The position numbers were made by a program, and so were the translations under genes. From Mobula hypostoma (lineage: Eukaryota): 64,000 bases of DNA. The notes under the pieces are model-generated. The model worked only from the letters and a program-made list of their open reading frames with translations. It did no database searches and was not told where the DNA came from. The stretch is from contig NC_086108.1 in the NCBI RefSeq assembly GCF_963921235.1, positions 29,204,001-29,268,000 on the forward strand, in the 5' to 3' direction. Below are positions 11,103 through 23,035 of the stretch, piece by piece. Positions within the stretch are counted from its first letter, which is position 1, and the number at the start of each line of letters is the position of its first letter.

Positions 11103-14030
11103 AATAATATCTGAGGAAGAATAGACAGTAATATGGAGGTATCAATGGAAGTGTACCAATTCACAGAAATGGAGGGAGTTTGGGTGGAAAAACTTGGTAA
11201 GTTATTTTATTACACCCTCTCAGAAATCCCATTATGATAGTAACCTCCCTGTTTGCTGGAGAAATTGTGGAAATCAAAATGCAAACCACTGTCATATTTT
11301 CTGGGAATGCCCCATTATCAAAGACTATCAGAGTGGGATGCATAATGCCCTACAAGACATCTTTAAATGTGAAATACCCTTAAAAAGTAAGACCATATAT
11401 TTTGGGTATATACCTCAAGAATGGTTGAAAAGAGATAAATATTTAATGAATGTACTGCTGGTGGCTGGTAAAAAGACCCTTACCAGGAAATGGTTATCAC
11501 AGGAGAGCCCAACTTTAAATGTATGGATGGAAATTACAATGGTCATTTACAAAATGGAGAAGATAACAGCATCTGATAATCATAAGTTGGAACAATTTGA
11601 TTCATACTGGAAAAAATGGTTTAACTACATAACACGTCATAGGCCTGATTTTATTCTCACAAGTCAATGAATATGTTGTAAAAAAAAGACCACTCCCTAC
11701 TTTGTACATAGTTTTCTTCTTTCGATTGTCCTTCCTTCCCTCTCCTTTCTATAAGTGTATACCTCAGATAAATATTATGTGGAGATTTGTGACAAATATT
11801 ACTATATGATATATAAGTACAGTATCTGAAATATATCTTATGGAAATGTTTGTTTGATGATGAACTTCAATAAAAAATAAATTATGCATAAAAGCCAAGG
11901 AAATGGCATATAAGGTAGCAAAATTGAGTGGGAAATTGGATGATTGGGAAGCTTTTAAAATCCAACAAAGGGCAACTAAAAAAGCTATAAGAAGGGTAAA
12001 GATGAACTATGAGGGCAGACTAGCCAACAATATAAAGCAGGGTACTGTACCAAAAATATTTTCAGTGATATAAAGAGTAAAAGGGAGTTAAGAGTTAGTA
12101 TTGGACCACTGGAAAATGATGCTGGTGAGGTAGTAATGAGGAACCATGAAATGGCAGATGAACTTGATGGGCACTTTGCACCTGTCTTCATTGTGGAAGA
12201 CACTAGCAGTGTGCCAGAGGTCCGTGAATGTCAGGGAACAGGAGTGAGTGCCACTGCTATTACAAAGGAAAAAGTGTTAGGCAAACTTAAAAATCTTAAG
12301 GTGGAAAAATCACCTGAGCCACAGGGACAACATCCCAGAGTCCTGAGAGAGGTTGCTGAAGAGAAAATGGATGCATTGCTCATGATCTTTCAAGAATCAC
12401 CTGATTCTGGCATAGTTCCGGAGGACTGGAAGTTTGCAACTGTCACTCCACTCTTTAAGAAGGGAGGAAGGCAAAAGAAAGAAAATTATAGGCCAGTTAG
12501 CCTAACCTCAGTGAGCTGGGAAAGAGATGAAGTCTACAATTAAGGGTGAGATTTTGGGTTACCTGGAGACTAATGATAAAATAAGTTAAAGTCAGCATAG
12601 TTTCTGAGAAGGGAAAACTTGCCTGACGAATCTGTTACAGTTCTTCAAGGAAGTAACTAGCAGGGTGGACAAGGGAGAGGCAGTGGATATCAGTTACTTG
12701 GATTTTCAGAAGGCATTTGATAAGGTGCCACAGATGAGGTGACTTACCAAGATAAAATCCTATGATGTTACAGGAAAGATACTGGCATGGTTAGCGGAAT
12801 GGCTGACAGGCAGGAGGCAGTGAGTGGGAATAAAAGGAGCCTTTTCTGGTTGGCTGCCAGTGACTAGCGGTGTTTCTCAGGGGTCAGTACTGGGACCGCT
12901 GCTTTTCACATTGTTTGTCAAAGATTTGGATAATGGAATTGATGGCTTTCTGGCAAAGTTTGCAGCTGATACGAAGATAGGTGGAGGGGTAGGTAATGCT
13001 GAGGAAGCAATGCGATTGCAGCAGGACTTAGACAAATTGGAAAAATGGGCAAAAACTGACAGATGGAATACAGTGTTGGGAAATGCACGGTACTGTATTT
13101 TGGTAAAAGGAACAATAGTGAGGACGATTATCTAAATGGGGAGAAAATTCAAACATTAGAGGTGCAGAGGGACTTAGGAGTCCTTGTGCAAGACTCCCAG
13201 AAGTTTAATTTACAGGTTGAGTCTGTGGTAAAGAAGGCAAATGCAATGATGGCATTTATTTCAAGGGGAATAGATATAAAAGCAAGGAGATAATGCTGAG
13301 CCTTTATAAGACACTGGTCAGGCCGCACTTGGAGTATTGTCAACAGTTTAGGGCCTCATATCTTGGAAAGGATGTGTTGTCATTGAAGACAGTCCAGAAG
13401 AGGTTCAGGATGATGATTCCAGGAATAAAGGGGTTAACATATGAGGGGTGTTTGGCAGCTTTGGGACCGTACTCATTGGAATTTAGAAGAATGCAGGGAG
13501 GGATCTCATTAAGACCTACCGAAAGTTGAAAGGACTAGATAGGGTGGAAGTGGAGAGGATGTTTCCTATTGTGGGGCTATCTAGAACTCGAAGGCACAAC
13601 ATCAAGATTGAGGGGTGACCCTTTAGACCCTAAGGACGCAGTATTTTAGCCCAAAAGGGATAAATTTGTAGAAGGTTCTGCCGCAGACTGTGGTGGAGGC
13701 CAAGTCTGTGCATATATTTAAGCAGAAGTTGATCATTTCCTGATCGGCCAGGGCATCAAAGGATATGGCAAAAAGGCAGGTGTATGGAGTTGAGTGGGAT
13801 CAGGGATCAGCCATGATGGAAAGGCAGTGCAGATTTAATGGGCTGAATGGCCTAATTCTGCTCCTATGTCTTATGGTCTAGTGATGAAGCGCACTCTTCA
13901 CCATGCTCACCTCAGTTGCACAGAAAGTGTATCCGAAGCATTCCCAACAAAATCATGATAATCACATTGCCATCAACCTCTTATTTTTCAGGAATAGAGT
14001 TCTGCTTTTTAGAGGTCTCTTCTCATAATA

Positions 14031-14548
14031 GGAAGAGAAGAGGAGAAGATGGCGGCGCAACGGCAGCGCGCGCGGCCTCTCCGGTGAATGATATCTGTAA
14101 TCTGTCAAGTAGGGGACCGTGCACAATTCTGATTTGATGGAGACAGACGTGAGAGTATGGAGGAACATCTGGAAAACTTCTGAAATGCCCGCTTCGCTGC
14201 CGCTGCTACTGTGTGGTAACCGGAATCTCCGGAGCAGAAGGCCCCAAATCCTCGGCTTTGCTTGTTTCAGCGGCCGGGGCGAGGTCGAAGGCGCTCAGGA
14301 GGCTGTATTGGAGGGGCTTGTCGAAGGCTGGAAGTTTCGGACGGACGGATGGACTCAGTGTCGGCTGTGGTCGGCTGCTTCCAAGGCATCGACGAGTTGA
14401 CGGTGCCTGGAGGTTTATGGCAGGGAGTTTCTCCCTTTTGCCGCCTGCTATCAGGGACTCGGGAGTTGATCGACTCGGGAACTTTGAAACTTTTTTTTAC
14501 CGTGTCCATGGTTTGTTCTTCATCAAATTATGGTATTGCTTTGTACTG
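14031..14548 (+). mobile_element. Non-autonomous (GGA)n-YY1-headed element, copy 2 (3' end missing)
   Basis: Colinear with copy 1 from gaagatggcggc to atcaaattatggtattgc; no (ATCTA)n tail. Confidence 0.85.
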
Positions 14549-14741
14549 ATGGCCAAGCCCTGCTTATATCTGTATCTTAGGAATCATTTAAGTACATACA
14601 GTAGCAGCAGAGTGCAAAGCTAGTGGCATGATTCTTAGCAGTGTGAAGGAACACGGGGATTTTTGGGGTCCACTTCTAAAGATCCCTTAAAGTTGCTGCA
14701 CAAGTTGGATCAGGTGGTTAAGAAGGGATATAGTACATTGG

Positions 14742-14938
14742 AAACACACGCAAAATGCTTGAGGAACTCAGCAGACCAGGGACATTCCTGCCGAAGTAAG
14801 GAGTCCTGTCCAAGAGTCTCAGCCTGAAATGTCGACTTTACTTTTTTTCCATAGTTGCTGCCTGGCCTGCTAAGTTCCTCTATCATTTTGTGTGTGTGGC
14901 TTGGATTTCCAGCATCTGCAGACTTTCTCTTGTTTGTG
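14742..14938. mobile_element. Penelope pLTR-derived inverted (MITE-like) unit
   Basis: acacacgcaaaatgcttgaggaactcagcag pairs with ctgctaagttcctctatcattttgtgtgtgt; decayed hammerhead at ~14800-14837. Confidence 0.75.
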
Positions 14939-15479
14939 ATATGGTGTGTTGGTTTTCTTTATAATAACAAATTATTATCTTTAACAATGAAAATAAAACA
15001 AATGCTGCAAAATAGTGTTCATGGTGTTCACCTTTCAGAAATCTGATGGCGGAGTGTAAGAGGTTGGTTCTAAAGCATTCCTGTACCTCATTCATGATGG
15101 TAGTAATGAAAAGAGGGCAATGCTGAGGGTCCTTAGTGATAGATGCTGCCTTTATGAGACACCAGCTCTGTGAAATGTCCTCAGTGGTGGGGAGGCTAGT
15201 GCGTGTGATTTCTGCCACCATTCAGTTCCCTGATGAACGCGTCAGAATGATCTCCACAAGACATTGGAGTAGAACTAGGCTACTCGGCCCATTGAGACTG
15301 CTTCACAGTTCCACGCTCCATGGTACAACTATACCTCTGGTGACTGGCATGTTTTCATTGTGAATGCATCAATATGGTGGGCTCAGGATAGATCCTCAGA
15401 GATGGTGGCACCTAGGCACTTGAAACTGCCCACCCTGTCCACCACTAACCTCTCAAAGACGACTGGTGTGTGTCCCACG

Positions 15480-16478
15480 GAAGGCATCTGGCTCAGAAAG
15501 CAAACCTGGCTGATCATAGAAGACCCATGCTATCCAACTGTCTGGAGTGTTTATGGACATGTCTCACTTCAGCAGTCTGAGGCACCCACCTACACTTGGT
15601 ACCTCAAGCAGGTATCAATTGTGCCAGTGCCCAAGAAGAACATGGTAATCTGCCTCAATGACTCGTGTCCAGTAGCACTGACATGAAGTGCTTCAAGAAG
15701 ATGGTCATGAAGCCGATCAACTTCTGCCTGAGATGCGACCTGGATCCACTCCAATTTGCCTACAGGTCAACAGTGGATGACATTTCATTGGCTCTTTACT
15801 CAGCCCTGAAACACCTGTACAACAAAGATGCACATGCCAAGATGCTCTTTACTGACTACAGCTTAGCATTCATACCATCATCCTGATGAAATTCTTTCCC
15901 AGGCTCCAAGACCTGAGTCTTGGTACATCCCTGTGTAACTGGATCCTCGAATTCCTCACTTGCAGACCCCAGAGAGTTTGGATTGACAACATCTCTTCAC
16001 ACTCACTATCAGTATAGATGCACCACAAGGCTGTGTGCTTAGCCCCCTACTTGCTTTATACTTATGCCTGTGAGGCTACCTACAGCTCCAACACTGTATT
16101 TAAGTTTGCTGAAGACACCACGGTTGTTGGCCGAATTACTGGTGGTAATGAATTGACATTTAGGAGGGACACTGAATATCTGGTTGAATGCAGCCTCTCA
16201 CTCAATAATAGCAAAACCAAAGAGCTGATTATCAACTACAGGATGAAGCCAGAGGTCAATGACCCAGTCCTCATTAGGGATTAGAGTTAGAGGTAGTCAG
16301 TAGCTTTAAATTCCTTAGTGTTAACATATCAGAGGATCTGCTCTGAGAGAAGCATGTGTCATCTCAAAGATATGAGACATTATCAGAAACTTTAACAAAC
16401 TTCTATAAATGCGCAATGGAGGGTCTCCTAACTGGTTGTACCACTGCCTGGTATGGAAACACCCCAAGCCCTTGATTT
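15480..16478 (+). mobile_element. Degenerate Rex/Babar-like LINE RT fragment
   Basis: IVPVPKK..CLND.PVALT, LDPLQFAYR, MLFTDYSLAF, KFAEDTTVVG, KTKELII. Confidence 0.8.
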
Positions 16479-17091
16479 CAAATGTTCTTGTTTGCATGGA
16501 TATTTTTCCTAATTATCCTGCCAAAACTCCTGTTTATTTACTGATAACCCAAGAAAAAGCACTGAAAAATCAAAAACAAATCTCTGAAATTGACCATGAG
16601 CCTAAACTGCTTTGATCAATTACGCCCATCCATATTAGGAAATCCCCTCATTGCTTTAGCAATCGTGTCCCCCTCTTCTCCCCCTTCCTTGAAAAGACCA
16701 ACTTAACTCCACCTCTTTATGGGCCATAATCACTTTATTTCTTTTGGGTCTAATTTATGAATGGCTCCAAGGGCATAAGTAGGAGACCTGCTGTGAAATT
16801 GGCTGTGAGTTGAACTCCTAGAGCCAAGGGTCGAGTAAATAATAGTTTCAATAATAATTCAAATTGGGACTGGGGGGGTTGGAGTTCCTTCTGGTAGACG
16901 GTTGCCTAAAGCAATTGTTGGTTGATTAAGCACACCAATTAAAGAACTAATGAACCGATAAATACAATTATTAGGGTATGAGTGTGAAAGTGGGAAAGCC
17001 CTTCTATAACTAGGGAAGCTGCATCTAGAAAACCTAATTGAGAGGGATGTGCCATATTTAAGATCCGTGAGTTCTTAAATTTTGCCCTGAC

Positions 17092-17593
17092 ACACAGAAA
17101 AGGCTACAGAAAATGGTGGACACAGCCCTGTCCTTCACAGGCAACACCCTCCACACCATTCCATACATTTACGTGGAGCACTGTTCCAAGAAAACAGCAT
17201 GAATCATCGAAGACCCCACCATCCAGGCCATGCTCTCCTTGCACTACTACCATCAGGCAGGAGGCACAGAAGGTTCCACACCACCAGCTCAGAAACATTT
17301 ATTACCCCACAACCATCAGCATAAATAACTTCAATCACCGCTATTCTGAGTCGATTCTATGACCTACAGACTAATTTTCAAGGAATCTTTACAACTCATA
17401 TTCTCAGTATTATTTTTTATTTGCACCATTTGTCTTCACTTTCATGTTAGCTTGTCAATCTTTGTCCGTTTATGTTTTCCATAAATTGTATGTACTTTTT
17501 TATTTCCTGTAAATGCCTGCGAGAAAATGAACCTCAAGGTAGTATATGGTAGCATATATATACTTTGATAACAAATTTACTTTGAACTTCGAA
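17092..17593 (+). mobile_element. Rex/Babar-like 3' fragment
   Basis: ccccaccatccaggccatgctctc...ccatcaggcagg region followed by the actttgataacaaatttactttgaact tail. Confidence 0.7.
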
Positions 17594-17599
17594 CTTCTC

Positions 17600-20500
17600 C
17601 CAACATCTCCTTCCTGAAGTCTACAATCAAATCCACAGTTTTGTTGATGTTGAGTGTGAAGTTGTTGTTGCCACACGACTCGATCTGTTTCACTCCTATA
17701 CACTGCCTTGCCAGTTGTCACCACCTTAGATTCTGCAATAACAATATTCTCATTGGTGAACTTATATATGTCGTTTGAGCTGTGCCTAGTCACACAGTCA
17801 TGAGAGTAGAGAGAATAGAGCAGTGATCTAAACATGCATCCTTGTCGATTGACAGCAAGAACACTCTGGTCTCTCAATGAAGAAGTAGGTTGATTAGTAT
17901 TGAGTGGATGTTGGTGTTGAATGCTGAGCGGTAATCAATAGACAGCAGCCTGACATAGGTATTGTTGTTCTACAGGTGACCCAAGGCCAGAGAGATTATC
18001 TCCACTGCAAACCGGTTGTGGCAATAGGAAAATTGCAGCAGGTCCAGTTCCTTGCTCAGGCAGGAGTTAATTCTAACCAAGACCTACCTCTCAGAGTACT
18101 TATTCGCTGTAGATGTGAGTGCTAGCGAGCACTAGTCATTGAGGAAGCTCACCTTGCTCTTCTTGGAGACTGGTATGATTGATGCTCTTTTAAACATAGA
18201 AACATAGAAAATAGGTGCAGGAGTAGGCCATTCGGCCCTTTGAGCCTGCACCGCCATTCAGTATGATCATGGCTGATCATCCAACTCAGAACCCTGTACC
18301 AGCCTTCCCTCCATACCCCCTGATCCCTTTAGCCACAAGGACCATATCTAACTTCCTCTTAAATATAGCCAATGAACTGGCCTCAACTGTTTCCTGTGGC
18401 AGAGAATTCCACAGATTCACCACTCTCTGTGTGAAGAAGCTTTTCCTCATCTCAGTCCTAAAAGGCTTTCCCTTTATCCTCAAACTGTGACCCCTCGTAC
18501 TGGACTTCCCCAACATTGGGAACAATCTTCTTGCATCTAGCCTGTCCAATCCCTTTAGGATTTTATACGTTTCAATAAGATCCCCCCTCAATCTTCTAAA
18601 TTCCAACGAGTATAAACCTAGTTCATCCAGTCTTTGATCATATGAAAGTCCTGCCATCCCAGGAATCAATCTGGTGAACCTTCTTTGTACTCCCTCTATG
18701 GCAAGGATGTCTTTCCTCAGATTAGGGGACCAAAACTGCACACAATACTCCAGGTGTTGTCTCACCAAGGCCTTGTACAACTGCAGTAGTACCTCCCTGC
18801 TCCTGTACTTGAATCCTCTTGCTATAAATGCCAGCATACCATTCGCCTTTTTCACCGCCTGCTGTATCTGCATGCCCACTTTCAATGACTGGGGTATAAT
18901 GACACCCAGGTCTTGTTGCACCTCCCCTTTTCCTAATCGGCCACCATTCAGATAATAATCTGTTTTCCTGTTTTTGCCACCAAAGTGGATAACCTCACAT
19001 TTATCCACATTAAATTGCATTTGCCATGAATTTGCCCACTCACCTAACCTATCCAAGTCACCCTGCATCCTCTTAGCATCCTCCTCACAGCTAACACTGC
19101 TGCCCAGCTTCGTGTCATCCGCAAACTTGGAGATGCTGCGTTTAATTTCCCTTATCCAAGTCATTAATATATATTGTAAACAACTGGGGTTCCAGCACTG
19201 AGCCTTGCGGTACCCCACTAGTCACTGCCTGCCATTCTGAAAAGGTCCCGTTTATTCCCACTCTTTGCTTCCTGTCTGCCAACCAATTCTCTATCCACAT
19301 CAATACCTTACCCCCAATACCGTGTGCTTTAAGTTGCACACTAATCTCCTGTGTGGGACCTTGTCAAAAGCCTTTTGAAAATCCAAATATACCACATCCA
19401 CTGGTTCTCCCCTATCCACTCTACTAGTTACATCCTCAAAAAATTCTATGAGATTTGTCAGACATGATTTTCCTTTCACAAATCCATGCTGACTTTGTCC
19501 GATGATTTCACCGCTTTCCAAATGTGCTGTTATCACATCCTTGATAACTGACTCCAGCAGTTTCCCCACCACTGATGTTAGGCTAACCGGTCTATAATTC
19601 CCCGGTTTCTCTCTCCCTCCTTTTTTAAAAAGTGGTGTTACATTAGCCACCTTCCAATCCTCAGGAACTAGTCCAGAATCTAAAGAGTTATGAAAAATTA
19701 TCACTAATGCATCCACTATTTCTTGGGCTACTTCCTTAAGCACTCTGGGATGCAGACCATCTGGCCCTGGGGATTTATCTGCCTTTAATCCTGTCAATTT
19801 ACCTAACACCACTTCCCTACTAACATGTATTTCCCTCAGTTCCTCCATCTCACTGGACCCTCTGTCCCCTACTATTTCCAGAAGATTATTTATGTCCTCC
19901 TTAGTGAAGACAGAACCAAAGTAATTATTCAATTGGTCTGCCATGTCCTTGATCCCCATAATCAATTCACTTGTTTCTGTCTGTAGGGGACCTACATTTG
20001 TCTTAACCATTCTTTTTCTTTTCACATATCTATAAAAGCTTTTACAGTCAGTTTTTATGTTCCCTGCCAGTTTTCTCTCATAATCTTTTTTCCCCTTCCT
20101 AATTAAGCCCTTTGTCCTCCTCTGCTGAACTCTGAATTTCTCCCAGTCCTCAGGTGAGCCACTTTATCTGGCTAATTTGTATGCTTCCTCTTTGGAATTG
20201 TTACTATCTCTAATTTCCCTTGTCAGCCAGGGGTGCACTACCTTCCTTGATTTATTCTTTTGCCAAACTGGGATGAACAATTGTTGTAGTTCATCCATGC
20301 GATCTTTAAATGCTTGCCATTGCATATCCACTGTCAACCCTTTAAGTATCATTTGCCAGTCTGTCTGAGTTAATTCATGTCTCATACCTTCAAGTTACCC
20401 TCTTTTAAGTTCAGAACCTTTGTTTCTGAATTAACTATGTCACTCTCCATCTTAATGAAGAATTCCACCATATTATGGTCACTCTTACCCAAGGGGCCTC

Positions 20501-21690
20501 TCACGACAAGGTTGCTAATTAACCCTTCCTCATTGCTCAGTACCCAGTCTAGAATAGCCTGCTCTCTAGTTGGTTCCTCGACATGTTGGTTCAAAAAACC
20601 ATCCCGCATACATTCCAAGAAATCCTCTTCCTCAGCACCCTTACCAATTTGGTTCACCCAATCTATATGTAGATTGAAGTCACCCATTATAACTGCTGTT
20701 CCTTTATTGCACACATTTCTAATTTCCTGTTTAATACCATCCCCAACCTCACTACTACTGTTAGGTGGCCTGTACACAACTCCCACCAGCGTTTTCTGTC
20801 CCTTAGTGTTATGCAGCTCTACCCATATCGATTCCACATCCTCCCGGCTAATGTCCTTCCTTTCTATTGCGTTAATCTCCTCTCTAACCAGTAATGCTAC
20901 TCCACCTCCTTTCCTTTCATGTCTATCCCTCCTGAATATTGAATATCCCTGAATGTTGAACTCCCATCCTTGGTCACCCTGGAGCCATGTCTCTGTGATC
21001 CCAACTATATCATGTTCATTAATAACAATCTGCACTTTTAATTCATCCACCTTGTTACGAATGCTCCTTATGTTGACACACAAAGCCTTCAGGCTCGCTT
21101 TTACAACTCTCTTAGCCCTTATACAATTATGTTGAAAAGTGGCCCTTTTTGATTTTTGCCCTGGATTTGCCGGCCTGCCACTTTTACTTTTCACCTTACT
21201 ACTTTTTGCTTCTACCCTCACTTTACACCCCTCTGTCTCTCTGCTCTGGTTCTCATCCCCCTGTTGTGGACTAACCTCCTCTCTCCTAGTCTCTTTAATT
21301 TGATTCCCACCCCCCAACCATTCTAGTTTAAAGTCACCTCAGTAGCCCTCGCAAATCTCCCCGCTAGGATATTGGTCCCCCTAGGATTCAAGTGTAACCT
21401 GTCCTTTTAGTACAGGTCACGCCTTCGCCAAAAGAGGTCCCAATGATCCAAAAACTTGAATCCCTGCCCCCTGCACCAATCCCTCAGCCACACATTTATC
21501 CTCCACCTCATTGCATTCCTACTTTTGAAGCGTGAGGGAGTCTCTGACATCAGTACTGAGGGACTGAAGATGTTCTTGGGCCCTCCAACTTGATGGTCGG
21601 TGCAGGTTTTCAGGAAATGTGCCACTATACCATTGGTGCCTGGCCCTTGCAGGATGTTCTGACAATCAGTTGTGCTGCGATGAGAGGGGT
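17600..21690 (-). mobile_element. Degenerate Rex/Babar-like fragment split by CR1 copy C
   Basis: Minus-strand LLYSLYSHDCVTRHSSNDIYKF; sequence resumes after 21521 across a ctttt duplication (18187-18191 and 21522-21526). Confidence 0.65.
18192..21521 (-). mobile_element. Young CR1 copy C (ORF1 esterase 3' end, full ORF2 with frameshifts)
   Basis: RINVWLRDWCRGQGFKFLDHWDLFW (SGNH-esterase-type ORF1), [34 protein letters not shown]; (AAACATAG)n tail. Confidence 0.95.
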
Positions 21691-22029
21691 AGTATGTACT
21701 TTACACCTGGCCCCTCTGTTTTATATCAGCTGTCATTCATTTGAATTGGCTGGTCAACCTTATTTTAAAAGCTGTAGATGGCAAGTGCTTTTTTCCCCAT
21801 TACATCAATAAATCAAAGTTACTTAAAATTCTTTTTATATAAGTGTATTATTTACCTTAATAACTCATAGCTTCTTAAATACATTTCAGCTTTTTTATGT
21901 CTCTTATGATCAGAGACATTTAAAGCTGTTAAAAGGCTTTCATCAGCAGAAAGCTGTCAAAAGGCCATCAGGGTGGTTTATCTGAGGTCTAGTGAATGTT
22001 TATCTTTGTCGTGGCAAGGAGGCCTGGAG

Positions 22030-22405
22030 GAAATCTGGATTTCTATCTCCTCAGTATTAAGTGCAGACAGGGAAATAACCCAGTGATAAGCAGGAGATCA
22101 AACACAATATGGCAGAAGAATCAACTCTTGACCAAATGTTAAACCAAGGTCCAGCCAGCAAGCTCAAGTGGAAATATAATATCCCCTGGCACTACTTGCA
22201 AAGAATATGGGTCAAATTGTACTCTTCAGCCAACACCAATAATATATTGCTGTTATCACATTGCTGAGTGGGCAGCCTTCTTTATCAGAAATAGGCTGCT
22301 AGTTTTCCCATGATGCACAGGTGACTCTACTTCAAGTACACTTCGTTGGCCATAAAATGTTTTGGGCTGATCTAAGATTCATGAAAGACGTAATATTAAT
22401 AAATC
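22030..22405 (+). mobile_element. Ancient DeuSINE (SacSINE1/AmnSINE1-like)
   Basis: aaaccaagg...tcaagtgga...atcccctggcacta...ttatcacattgctg...gtgactctacttcaagtacacttcgttggccataaa...gaaagacg follows the Deu domain plus L2-type tail as recalled; no alignment run. Confidence 0.7.
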
Positions 22406-22649
22406 CCTGTTAACTAGGACCTGCATGTGATCCTTGTGGGTGGCCAGATATTGATTTTGGGTATGAAAGACACCTACTTATTTCTCCAATTTATTGACTT
22501 CTTCTTTAAATTTCCCCAGTGATTTAACCTTAACAACGTTCCAGGGTGGAGTATTCTATGTATCCACCTCCTTCTGCAGACTTAATCTTCTCACACCACA
22601 GTTTTAAACTACCCTTTCCTCACATCCACATCCCACAATCCTGTAATGG

Positions 22650-23035
22650 GATTCTCCCACCTCTTCCCCTCTCCTTCTATTCCCTGCTCTGGCCTCTTAC
22701 CTTTTCTCACTTGCTTATCACCTCCCCTTGGGGGCCCTCTTCCTTCCCTTTCTCCCATGGTCAACTCTCCTCTCCTGTAAAATTCCTTCTTCTCTAGCCC
22801 TTTACCTTTCCTACAAAAATGGCTTCACCTATCACCTCCTAGCTACCCTCCTTCTGCTCCCCCACCTTTTTATTCTGGTGTCTTCCCCCTTCTTTTCCAT
22901 TCCTGATGAAGGTCTCGGCCTGAAACATTGACTGTTTATTCATTTCCATAGGTGCTGTCTGACCTGCTGAGTTTCTCTAGCATTTTGTTTGTGTTGCTTT
23001 GGATTTCCAGCATCTGCATAATTTCTGGTGTTTAT
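22650..23035 (+). mobile_element. Penelope pLTR with decayed hammerhead (22896-22934)
   Basis: Pyrimidine-rich tract, ctgatga-aggtctcggcct-gaaa-catt-gactg, then ctgctgagtttctctagcattttg...ccagcatctgca. Confidence 0.8.

Larger units (their letters stand above)
5836..11670 (+). pseudogene. L1 ORF2 (APE endonuclease-RT-cysteine-rich), disrupted
   Basis: ATG 5836 MAKDKVKFISFNVN; LQET, GGDLN, RIDYF, SDH; KSPGSDG, FRPISVLNVDY, DAEKAFD, YVDD, YLGI; C-terminal CWRNCG...H..WEC; stops, internal deletions and two nested insertions. Confidence 0.9.
1753..11884 (+). mobile_element. Near full-length degraded L1 (LINE-1 clade) element with 17-bp TSD
   Basis: Flanked by tgcataaaagccaagga at 1736-1752 and 11885-11901; 5'UTR, ORF1, ORF2 (APE, RT, Cys-rich knuckle) and AATAAA at 11869 and 11876 in the expected order. 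Confidence 0.93.
1498..13879 (+). mobile_element. Older 5'-truncated CR1 LINE split by an L1 insertion (pieces ~1498-1752 and 11885-13879)
   Basis: CR1 ORF2 peptide WNKGNYRGMREELAQVDW...WLTKEVKDCIKAK stops at the L1 and resumes after it (NYRPVSLTSV, SGVSQGSVLGP, KFAADTK, RPHLEYC), with stops and frameshifts; ends in the tail cctatgtcttatggtct. Confidence 0.9.
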
